Positions 18,450 to 28,200 of a stretch of 64,000 nucleotides of DNA are shown here, one piece after another. Made by a program: the position numbers and the translations under genes. Where the stretch lies: IMG/VR virus record IMGVR_UViG_3300042483_000388; one strand, 5' to 3'. Position 1 is the first letter of the stretch; the number at the start of each line of letters is the position of its first letter. The notes beneath the pieces were generated by a model. It saw only the letters and a program-made list of their open reading frames with translations, was not told the origin of the DNA and searched no databases. Origin of the DNA: a virus. Taxonomy: Duplodnaviria > Caudoviricetes.

Positions 18450-20660
18450 CTATTGACAGATAACCTTACCCTTTAAGGTTGGTGGTACTTGTAGTTCAAT
18501 TGGTTCTAAAATGTCTTTATCAACAAATTTATACGCATTTATTTTTGTGTATTTGGGATCTATTCTAAACCTTATGGATAATCTTTTTTCGTCACAACCT
18601 CTTTGACCTTTATTAGACCAATAAAGTTCTATGAATTCTGTAGGTATTAAAATATTGTTTTCATAAAAAATCCCCGACATTTTACTTTTTACCTTTTGTA
18701 AAAAATTTTCAGACAATTGATTTTTTTCTAACCATATAAAGATTCTTTCTATTAACTTATTATATAATTCAATATATGCCGGTTTTTGATTAAGTATTGA
18801 ACTCTCCTTAAAAATTGAAAAGAATTCAGATAAATAACTATCAATAAATGGGTCCATTTTTTTAACCTCAAAAAAAGAACCTTTAGGATAAATAACATTT
18901 CCTTCTTCATCTTTAAAGTCTGACTTACTTTCTAAATCTGCCTTTATGTAATGTGACCCACTTTTAAATGAATTTGATAAACAATTAGTTATCCTAAAAA
19001 AATGGTAGTTTATTGTTTCTTGACCCGATTGAATTTTAACTAATGTATCAAATAATTTTTCTTTTGCGTCATCAGAACAAGCGTAATTTAATTGCAATCT
19101 TGTTGATTTTTTATTGAAGAAATCCCCAACAAATCTATTTTCGTATTTTTGATGTTCCAAGTATCTTGCGTTACGCAAAAGAGAATCTAAATTTTCTGGT
19201 GCTATGGAAGTATTTTTTTGTTTTTTTAAAACTCTAAAAGTTTCTGTTTCATTAAAATTTTTATCTTTTATAAAATCAGAAATTAATTCTAAAAAGTTTA
19301 TAGTTTTTTCTTGGTTTTGTAATGAAAGATTTATAATTTGAGGGAATGTCCCAACAATCTTCTTACTAAAAAAATTATCTAACATTAGTATGGAATGTTC
19401 TAATCTTTGAATAAGATTTTGATCTGTAAGTGTGTCTCTAAAAGCTTTAAGTTTACAAAACGGAGAGTCGTTAATTTTTTTTAATTCGGTATATTCACAC
19501 AAATAGGTTATTTTCGATTGTTGTCTTAATGCAATCTCATTTATCTTAACTATTCTAGATTCTTTTAATGGTTTGTTTTTTGTTCTTAACACATAAAGTT
19601 GGTTAACAAATTCCCAATTAACACTATCCCAAAACTTTTTAATATATTCATCTCTTTTGTTTTGATATTTTAAATAGTAAGCGTGTTCCCAAACATCAAG
19701 ACCAAGAAGTGGATATCCACCACCTTTAACTATATTCATTAATGGATTGTCCTGATTTGGTGTGGACATAATTTTTAACTCATTATTTTTTGATAAATAT
19801 AACCAAGCCCATCCAGAACCAAAACGTTCTTTTGCTGCTTCATTAAACTCATCCTTCATTTTTTTTATGTTTCCAAAATCCAATGTAATTTTTTTTAGAA
19901 TATCCCCTTTAGGAAGTTGTTTCTTTGGTGAGAGCATTTTCCAAAACAATGCGTGATTAAAAGCACCACCCGCATTATTTCTAACTTTGTCATCAAACTT
20001 ACTAATTGTTTTAATTATTTCTTCTAACTCTATATCACCATCTTTGTTTTTCAAAGCGTCATTTAATTTTTTAACATAACCCTTATAGTGTTTGTTATAG
20101 TGAATGTCCATAGTTTTGGAGTCTATGAACTTACTTAATGACGAATAAGAATAAGGTAATTTTTCAATACCGATTTTTTTCATTTCAAGAATTAAGTTTT
20201 CCTTAACCCCACCTTTTTCTATTAATAAAAGTTGTTCATTAATAATTCCCAACCTTTTTTTAATTCCTTTATCCTCAAACATCATATCTCGGATTTCGGG
20301 AAATTTCTTTTCAAACATTTTAATTAATTGACCAGCAAATGCGTTTGCTTCATCTTCATTTTTACCTCCAATATCTGGACCATGTTCTCTGTTTAATATT
20401 GTTAATTGGTATTCGTGAACCCACTCGTGAGCTAAAGTTCTTAATATATCACGATTAAGTCGTCCTTTTGATAGTATTTTTAATGTTGAATCCATTGTCC
20501 TACTTCCTGTGGACATTTCACTATCTCTAACCCCTAAAAAATTAATTTTTAAATCATTCCTTAATGGGTATTTTGTTTGTAAGAATGCGATAAATTTCTT
20601 GGTAAGAACTTTATCTTCCTTGGTCATATCGCATTTTATATGTTTGATCGAAACTTTCAT
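18450..20660 (-). CDS. Fusion: IrrE/ImmA-like HExxH metallopeptidase + Fe/Mn superoxide dismutase + unknown C-terminal domain
   Basis: LAHEWVHE...EDEANAFAG (zincin/M78-like). SOD motifs LPYSYSSL, IHYNKHY, NHALFW, FGSGWAWL, TPNQDNP and DVWEHAYY, with all four metal ligands present. Confidence 0.85.
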   Translation of the reverse strand: MKVSIKHIKCDMTKEDKVLTKKFIAFLQTKYPLRNDLKINFLGVRDSEMSTGSRTMDSTLKILSKGRLNRDILRTLAHEWVHEYQLTILNREHGPDIGGKNEDEANAFAGQLIKMFEKKFPEIRDMMFEDKGIKKRLGIINEQLLLIEKGGVKENLILEMKKIGIEKLPYSYSSLSKFIDSKTMDIHYNKHYKGYVKKLNDALKNKDGDIELEEIIKTISKFDDKVRNNAGGAFNHALFWKMLSPKKQLPKGDILKKITLDFGNIKKMKDEFNEAAKERFGSGWAWLYLSKNNELKIMSTPNQDNPLMNIVKGGGYPLLGLDVWEHAYYLKYQNKRDEYIKKFWDSVNWEFVNQLYVLRTKNKPLKESRIVKINEIALRQQSKITYLCEYTELKKINDSPFCKLKAFRDTLTDQNLIQRLEHSILMLDNFFSKKIVGTFPQIINLSLQNQEKTINFLELISDFIKDKNFNETETFRVLKKQKNTSIAPENLDSLLRNARYLEHQKYENRFVGDFFNKKSTRLQLNYACSDDAKEKLFDTLVKIQSGQETINYHFFRITNCLSNSFKSGSHYIKADLESKSDFKDEEGNVIYPKGSFFEVKKMDPFIDSYLSEFFSIFKESSILNQKPAYIELYNKLIERIFIWLEKNQLSENFLQKVKSKMSGIFYENNILIPTEFIELYWSNKGQRGCDEKRLSIRFRIDPKYTKINAYKFVDKDILEPIELQVPPTLKGKVICQ

Positions 20661-20680
20661 TATTGATAAATATCAAGAAT

Positions 20681-22444
20681 TTAGTATTTCACCGAATGTA
20701 TCTTATTAAGAATAAGTTCAACAATATCTCCCTTTTCATCTAAGTCATCACCCATAACGGTATTGATGTTTTTTTTCTTATCATTTACCATATCATATAT
20801 GACGCTCTCAATTGAGTTAATAAATAATGGATAATAAATTGATACAGAATTATTTTGACCATATCTGTAAGCCCTATCTTCCCCTTGAGCTAGATCGCCA
20901 GGAACAAACGATAGGTCATTCATAATTACGGCTTCAGCAGCAGTTAAAGTAATTCCTACTCCGGCAGCTTTTAAATTTCCAACAAAAACATTTATTTTAT
21001 CGTTCTCTTGGAATTGGTCAACCGCATGTTGTCGTTGTGGTTTTGAAGTTGATCCGTCTAATCTCACGGCTTGTTTTCCAAAATGGTCGGCAATTTTATT
21101 TAATGTGTCGGTAAAATTGGTAAATATAATAACTTTTTTCCCCTGTTCTATAATATTTTCGGCTAACTCAATAGTGTCGTTTATTTTTTCTTCGGCAATC
21201 ACTTGACGAACTTTCATTAACTTACTAAACTGAACCGTTAATGAACTACTCTCGTTTGGATTTTTATTATACCATTCATAATATTCCCCCATCAATCCTT
21301 CATAAAGTTTTGATTTTAATTTTAGGTAAACTGGTGTTATAATTTTTTCTGGTAAGTCTAAAACTTCTGTCTTTAATCTTCTTAATACTTGTCGAGAAGT
21401 TCTATCTCTTAACTCTTCTAAATTGGTTGCTCCGGCAACATTCCATATTTTTCTTTTTCCGGCAGTAAATTGGTAACCACCACAATATCGTATTGCATAT
21501 GCCATCCAGTTTTGTGATACGGGACTATCAATTATTGATAACAGGTTGAAATAATTCATTGGTCTATTTGTCATCGGCGTTCCTGTTAATAACCATACTC
21601 TTTTACAATTTTTCGTAAACGAATTAACTAATTTGGATCGTATGCTTGTTCCGTTAGAAACATAGTGAGCCTCATCTAAAATTATGAGGTCAAAATTTCC
21701 TTGGCTTATCAATGAGTTATCTTTATCCTTTATATCATAAAAGTTTTTTAGGATATCATAATTTATGATAACAAAATCGTGTTCGGTTGAAAACTTTTTT
21801 CCCTCAGCAATATAAACTGAACGATCCGTATAGTTCTCAATCTCACGTTGCCAGTTAATTTTTAAAGATGCGGGACAAACAATTAAAATCTTTTTTACGT
21901 TACACTCTAAAGCGGCGATAATGGTTGCGGTTGTTTTACCCAATCCCATATCGTCCGCAAGAATAAATCTTTTTGAACCGGCAAGTTTTTCTATTGCCTC
22001 TTTTTGGTGAGATAATGGGGGTCTGTGATCGTATTTGGAATAATCAACCTCAACTCTTTCAACATTATGTGTTTTAATTATGGAAGATTTAGGAACCCAA
22101 AACTCTGTTAATGGATCTTTTTCAAAGAACTTACCCCATATATGATACGACTTTTCCTTTTCTACTAATAATTTTTCAATATAAATTTTTTCAGGAGTTT
22201 CCAATAGGTATCTCTCTTCTGCAAACTTTTTTGCGAAGTATGTGTCTAAGTCAACCCATTTACGAGCAACTTTTGGAGTTGTATTATAATAGTTAACGAT
22301 ATAGTCTGATTGTGACCTTGTTGGGTAAAACTTTTTTGAACTTAGTTTTTTATTTTGCAAATATAGGATGTGGTTATTTGCCCCACTATATGAGTCTAAC
22401 AAATCGAGAGCTCTATTCTCTATGATTGATTGGACATTTTCCAA
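20681..22444 (-). CDS. SNF2/SWI2-family DNA helicase/translocase
   Basis: ILADDMGLGKT (Walker A), IILDEAH (DExH), LTGTP and EDRAYRYGQ (motif VI); TTG start. Confidence 0.92.
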   Translation of the reverse strand: MENVQSIIENRALDLLDSYSGANNHILYLQNKKLSSKKFYPTRSQSDYIVNYYNTTPKVARKWVDLDTYFAKKFAEERYLLETPEKIYIEKLLVEKEKSYHIWGKFFEKDPLTEFWVPKSSIIKTHNVERVEVDYSKYDHRPPLSHQKEAIEKLAGSKRFILADDMGLGKTTATIIAALECNVKKILIVCPASLKINWQREIENYTDRSVYIAEGKKFSTEHDFVIINYDILKNFYDIKDKDNSLISQGNFDLIILDEAHYVSNGTSIRSKLVNSFTKNCKRVWLLTGTPMTNRPMNYFNLLSIIDSPVSQNWMAYAIRYCGGYQFTAGKRKIWNVAGATNLEELRDRTSRQVLRRLKTEVLDLPEKIITPVYLKLKSKLYEGLMGEYYEWYNKNPNESSSLTVQFSKLMKVRQVIAEEKINDTIELAENIIEQGKKVIIFTNFTDTLNKIADHFGKQAVRLDGSTSKPQRQHAVDQFQENDKINVFVGNLKAAGVGITLTAAEAVIMNDLSFVPGDLAQGEDRAYRYGQNNSVSIYYPLFINSIESVIYDMVNDKKKNINTVMGDDLDEKGDIVELILNKIHSVKY

Positions 22445-22468
22445 ATTCTTTTTTTATAATAATAACTA

Positions 22469-22484
22469 ATAAATATATATTTAT
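22469..22484. promoter_or_regulatory. Back-to-back divergent TATTTAT motifs
   Basis: ATAAATA at 22469-22475 (minus-strand TATTTAT, upstream of SNF2) and TATTTAT at 22478-22484 (upstream of the GIY-YIG/neck genes). Confidence 0.6.
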
Positions 22485-22489
22485 CAATA

Positions 22490-23452
22490 ATGAATAAGTT
22501 TGAATTATATGGATTATTTTGTCCCGACACAGATCAATTAAAATATATTGGTATAACAAAAAATGGATTACAAAAAAGATTAAAAAACCATTTAAAAAAA
22601 CCAACAAATAAATTTATTTCAAAATGGTTCAGTTCTTTGAGTGATGAGAATAAAATCCCAATAATTAGACAAATAAAAGAATGTAATACCTACGATGATT
22701 TACTACAATCTGAAATATATGAAATTTCAAAATATAGAAAATTAAACTTTGATTTATATAATCTTACCGACGGTGGAGATATCAATCCTATGTTGGGTAA
22801 AACACATAGTGAAGAATCTAAAAAAAAAATATCTCTAATACATAAAGGTAAAAAATTATCAGAAGACGAAAAGTTAAAAAGAAAAGAACGCATCAAAGAA
22901 TTATGGTCAGATACAGAGTGGTCAGAAAAAATTAAGAAAAAAATGAGTGATAACACCAAAGGAGAAAAAAATCCTAACTGGAGAGGTGGTTTTAGAAATT
23001 TAACTTGTTTGTGTGGTAATAAAAAAAACCATTATTCTAAAACTTGTTTGAAATGTAGGGATTGTTATGGTAAAAAAAATAATTTTTTTAATAAAAAACA
23101 TAGTAAAGAAACCTTATCAATTTTAGCGGAAAAAAGTAAAAAGTTTGGTAATGAAAATCCTAATTTTAAATATGATATTAAAAGTGATGAACTATATGAT
23201 TTATATGTTGTAAAAAATAAAACCATAATTGAAATTAGTAATTTATTTAATTGTCATATAAACACAATAAATAAAAAATTGAGACAATATAAAATATATA
23301 AACCAAAATCTAATATTTATAATTTAGTGGTTGATGAGATAAAAAATCATTTAATAAATGAATTAAATTATGTTCAGATTGGTAAAATCTATGGTTGTAG
23401 TAATAAAATCATACATAAATTTGTAAAAAAAAATAACATATATGTCAAATAG
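22490..23452 (+). mobile_element. Free-standing GIY-YIG homing endonuclease with NUMOD3 repeats
   Basis: LYGLFCPDTDQLKYIGIT (GIY-YIG variant), YNLTDGGD, and NUMOD3-like GKTHSEESKKKIS and KKHSKETLSIL; very A-rich; overlaps the next gene by 11 nt. Confidence 0.85.
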
Positions 23453-23957
23453 TAATGTGCCAATAAATAGACTTGGTAAATTTTTTTCTCAAAATGATTT
23501 TTTTTTAGAGGTTAATCTTGGTATGGAATGGATTGTAGGTGATATGAACTTCACTTGTGTCCTTTATCGTGTTGATAGAAACAAAACACCGATAGATGAT
23601 GTTTATGGTGAAGCTCTAACAGACGGGATAAATTTTTTACCTCCAGTTGAGTTTAACGCTTTAGTTGGTATTGCGGTACCTGAAAATAAAATGGTCGGAT
23701 CATCCCGTATAGATCAGTTTGAACCTGGAAACATTACGATTTCAGTTTACTTAAAAACGTTGGAAGACCTCAATATTGATGTTGATTTTGGTGATTATAT
23801 TGGGTATTACGACACTGAAAACTTTGTTAGATATTATAGCGTTGTTAATGATGGTCGTGTGACTTCCGACTTAAAACATACATATAAAGGCTATAAACCA
23901 TTCTATCGCACTATCATTGCGGCACCTGTCGGACCAAATGAATTTAAAGGATTATAA
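23442..23957 (+). CDS. Putative neck / head-closure protein (gp14-like)
   Basis: DDVYGEA..FLPPVEFNALV and GDYIGY motifs, and position next to the tail completion gene. The assignment is largely contextual. Confidence 0.55.
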   Translation: MSNSNVPINRLGKFFSQNDFFLEVNLGMEWIVGDMNFTCVLYRVDRNKTPIDDVYGEALTDGINFLPPVEFNALVGIAVPENKMVGSSRIDQFEPGNITISVYLKTLEDLNIDVDFGDYIGYYDTENFVRYYSVVNDGRVTSDLKHTYKGYKPFYRTIIAAPVGPNEFKGL

Positions 23958-23967
23958 AATATAGAAA

Positions 23968-25011
23968 ATGGCATTACCAAAAAACCATACCGTTAAACCA
24001 TCGATACCATTAACGTATCCAAAAATACTTCACCAAAGAAGAGAAGAATTAGCTGAAATGATTTCTAAGGATGGAACTTACCTTCCTAAATCTTTATTAC
24101 ATGCTGACTTGGATCGTGGGTTTTTAGATTTTGTTCGTGATAAGTTGGGGATTACAACGGAAGGTAAAGTAGTTCCTGTTGTTGACATTTTAATAACAAC
24201 CCAAAATTGGGAACAATTTGTTAAAACTTGGGATTACCAAAATATAGATAAGAATGTTGAACCACCATTTATTACAACAATTAGAGTTCCGGAGGTTAAA
24301 TACGGAAATAATCCAGCCGTAATATATAATATTCCAAATAGAAAAATGTATTATTATATGGAAGTTCCTACTTGGGATGGTAACCGACATGGTGCCGACA
24401 TATATAAAATACCACAACCAATCCCTGTTGATATAAAATATTCTGTTGTAATTGTTTGTAATAGAATGAGAGAAATAAATTCGTTTAATAAAAAAGTTAT
24501 TGAAACATTTGCCTCAAAACAGGCATATCAAAATATTAAAGGACATTATATTCCTATTATTAACGATAGTATGACAGACGAATCGGCTTTAGATTTAGAA
24601 AAAAGAAAATATTATATTCAAAAATACGAATTTACAATGATGGGGTTCTTATTAGATGAGGACGAGTTTGAGGTATATCCAGCATTATCAAGAACCTTTC
24701 AAATGTTTGAGGTGGACCAAACACCGGTTAAAAGACCAACAAAAAAATCTATACCTATTATACCACCAAAACTTACGTTATCTTATAATGTTGGGGTCAC
24801 TTCTGAAGAACATTTTTATGAATATACTTGTAATGTCACTGCGTTTGAAACTAATAATGTTACGTCTTATCAGGTTTATATTAACGACGATTTTTATGGT
24901 AATGATGTGTTCACAATTCAAATAAACACTGGAGATGTTCTCCGTATTGATATTATTCCTATTGATGTCAACGAACCTTCCAGTATTTTGTTTAGTGAAT
25001 CACTAATTTAG
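23968..25011 (+). CDS. Putative tail terminator / sheath stabiliser (gp15-like)
   Basis: DLDRGFLDFV, PPFITTIR, PIPVDIKYSV and Y..QKYEFTMMGFL; lies just upstream of the sheath gene. Confidence 0.6.
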   Translation: MALPKNHTVKPSIPLTYPKILHQRREELAEMISKDGTYLPKSLLHADLDRGFLDFVRDKLGITTEGKVVPVVDILITTQNWEQFVKTWDYQNIDKNVEPPFITTIRVPEVKYGNNPAVIYNIPNRKMYYYMEVPTWDGNRHGADIYKIPQPIPVDIKYSVVIVCNRMREINSFNKKVIETFASKQAYQNIKGHYIPIINDSMTDESALDLEKRKYYIQKYEFTMMGFLLDEDEFEVYPALSRTFQMFEVDQTPVKRPTKKSIPIIPPKLTLSYNVGVTSEEHFYEYTCNVTAFETNNVTSYQVYINDDFYGNDVFTIQINTGDVLRIDIIPIDVNEPSSILFSESLI

Positions 25012-25172
25012 TTTTCACCATAAACGTCTTTTTTTTCCTTACATTTTTCTAAAATAAGATTTTCTAAAAATCGATACATCTTTATACCACGTTTATCGCA
25101 ATATTTTTTTAATACTGAATGAACTTCAATATCAATCTTTAAGTTTTTTATCTTCTTAATGTCTTTATCCAT
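25008..25172 (-). CDS. Ribbon-helix-helix (CopG/Arc-like) DNA-binding protein, 54 aa (not in the ORF track)
   Basis: Manual translation: MDKDIKKIKNLKIDIEVHSVLKKYCDKRGIKMYRFLENLILEKCKEKKDVYGEN*. Pattern is strand (NLKID), helix (EVHSVLKKYC), G turn, helix (MYRFLENLILE). It has its own minus-strand TATTTAT at 25210-25216. Confidence 0.7.
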   Translation of the reverse strand: MDKDIKKIKNLKIDIEVHSVLKKYCDKRGIKMYRFLENLILEKCKEKKDVYGEN

Positions 25173-25174
25173 AG

Positions 25175-25192
25175 GGTAGAAAAAAGGTAGAA
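25175..25192. promoter_or_regulatory. GGTAGAA direct repeat with 11-bp period directly upstream of the RHH gene (candidate operator)
   Basis: GGTAGAA at 25175-25181 and 25186-25192. Confidence 0.4.
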
Positions 25193-25252
25193 TAAAATCA
25201 TACCATTATATAAATACTTTTATTTATGTAAAGTTTTTCATGTTTTAACAAG

Positions 25253-25259
25253 TATTTAT
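25253..25259 (+). promoter_or_regulatory. TATTTAT putative late-promoter motif upstream of the tail sheath gene (representative copy)
   Basis: The same heptamer lies 4-53 nt upstream of about 16 starts (see findings). Confidence 0.65.
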
Positions 25260-25291
25260 ATAAAAATAAATAACTAAAAGAAATTTTAAAT

Positions 25292-28200
25292 ATGGCAACT
25301 AATAGTAAAGTTTTTGTTTCTCCGGGAGTATATACGTCCGAAGTTGACTTAAGTTTTGTGGCACAGAGTGTTGGTGTTACAACTTTGGGAATCGCTGGAG
25401 AGACAATAATAGGACCAGCTTTCGAACCTATTTTCATTACGAATTTTACGGAATTCCAATCTGTATTTGGTGGAGTATCACCAGAAAAGTTCGTAAACAC
25501 ACAAATTCCAAAATACGAAGCGGCGTATATTGCACAAGCATACTTACAACAATCAAATCAATTGTTTGTAACAAGAATCCTAGGTTTATCAGGATATGAT
25601 GCTGGACCATCTTGGTCAATTACAACAATTGCAAATGTTGACCCAAACACAATTGATGTTTGGTGTTTAAGTTCGGTAACAGATTTTAGCACTTGTATAA
25701 CAACTTGTGTTGACCCTAAAGAATTATCATTTGTTGTTGATTTTACTGGTTGTACTAATGATTCATCAACTATTGGGTATACAACAACATTCCCTGATAC
25801 AATCGAATCTCAACTATACACACAATATGAAGAATTTAATGGTGGAGTATCAACAATAGATGATCAAATTAAACAATTGGTCTTCAATGTCATTACAGAT
25901 TCAAATCCTTATATGGCCGAAGATGAATTGATTTCATATTTTGGTTCTATCGCAACAGATGATTATAACACATTACAGGGAGCTGGATGGTCAGCAGAAA
26001 CAAACGTTTACCAAGTTCCTTCAGTTTCATTTGATAACACATCATTAACGTCTTCGTTAAATGATTCTTGGTATTACTCCCAATTCGCCCACACTGGCGG
26101 AACGGCTTATTCAGGATTCTCATTCTTTTCTTATGTGTCAGGTATTACGGCTTACTACCCTAACCCGACACCTACACCACAGGTTTCATCGTCTCCGACG
26201 CCAACACCATCATCTGTTAATCCTTGTATTACACCGTCACCATTTACATCACCAACACCAACACCAACACCGGTTAATATAGACTGTTATCAGGGAAGTA
26301 TTGTTGGTAAGATTTACTACTACACAGGTACTTCATATACAAACTATGATGATGTTGTTGTTACAACCTTAAGATCAAGAGGTATTTCAACATATGCTCC
26401 GAATCAACCAGAACCTGCATACCAAGTAACTGGTGTTACAGACGTAACTTTGAATATGTCAGGACAATACTTCGGTGTTGGTAAAAACCCTTATTTACAA
26501 TTCGCAGTAAATGTGGTTGATAAAACAGGAACAAACTTCACGTTTGAAACCTCATTAAGTCAAAATGATCCAGAATATATTACTAAAGTATTTGGTATTA
26601 CTAATTTCCAAAAACCAAGAATTACGGTTCCATTATTTTGTGAGGAAGTATTCCAGTCATGGTTAAACTATTCTTGGAATAAAGGATATATTAGAGGTTT
26701 AAGTTCTCAATTAGTTGAATTAGACTCTGCGCAAAGTGGTGATATTAACTCAATAGGTTGGTATTTAGATAGATATCAAACACCAAACTCCCCATGGGTT
26801 GTATCAGAATTAAGAGGTAATAAAGTTTTTGACCTATTTAGATTCTATACCATTTCAGATGGTGATGGTGCTAACACACTACTTAAATTATCAATTATTA
26901 ATCAAACATTTAATAATGGAACATTTGATGTCTTAGTGAGGGATTACTTTGATACAGATGCTAACCCTGTTGTTATTGAGAAATTTACAAATTGTACAAT
27001 GGATCCAGGACAAAACAACTTTATTGGTGTTAAGATTGGAACATTAGATGGTGAATATACTTTAATGTCTAAATACATTATGGTTGAAATTAATGAGGAT
27101 GCTCCGATAGATGCACTTCCTTGTGGATTCAACGGATATAATTTTAGAAATTATGCTGGAGCCAAATCAGCGTTCCCAATCATTAAAGCAAAATACGATT
27201 ATCCGGGAGAAGTAGTTTACGATCCACCATTTGGTTTATCATCCGGAAACAATGACGCTATTTTAAGTAGTGGTGATAATGTAAGAAGAACATACTTAGG
27301 TATTTCTAATAGTTACGGATGGGATCCTGGTTATTACGAATATGTTGGTAAGAGAAATCCAATCAACTCTTGTGATATTGATAGTGTTCCATTTAACTAT
27401 AGGTCAGCTGGTTTCCACATGGATATAAATGCAAGTGGTATCACAATCGGACCTGAGTTCTCAACAAGTGGTGATCCAAGATTTGTTTGTGGTAACGCTC
27501 AATTTATTACTGATCCGGATTCACCAACAAACCCATACTATAGGTTATTCGCTCGTAAATTCAACTTATTAGTACAAGGCGGATTTGACGGATGGGATAT
27601 ATATAGAGAATATAGAACAAATAGTGATCAATTTTCTTTAGGTAGACCAGGGTTCTTACGAGGAGCTTGTCCAAGTACACTTTACCCATCTGCAACAGGT
27701 TGGGGAGCATTTAAACAAATTGCGATTGGTGACGGAACTATGGATTTTGCGAATACTGACTACTACGCATACTTGTTAGGTCAACAAACATTTGCAAACC
27801 CTGAAGCAACAAACATAAACGTATTTGTTACACCAGGAATTGATTATGTGAATAATAGTAACTTGGTAGAAGATGCGGTTAACATGATTGAATTCAATAG
27901 AGCTGACTCTTTGTATATTACAACAACCCCTGATTACGATTTGTTTTTACCTTCAACTACTGGTGGGGATGGATTAATCTACCCAACTGAAGCGGTAGAT
28001 AATTTAGAGAACACAGGTATTGACTCTAACTACACTTGTACTTACTACCCTTGGGTGTTAACAAGAGATAGTGTGAACAACACTCAAATCTATATTCCAC
28101 CAACAGCACAAGTAACAAGAAACTTGGCGTTAACTGACAACATTGCATTCCCTTGGTTCGCAGCGGCAGGTTACACTCGTGGTATTGTTAACTGTATTAA

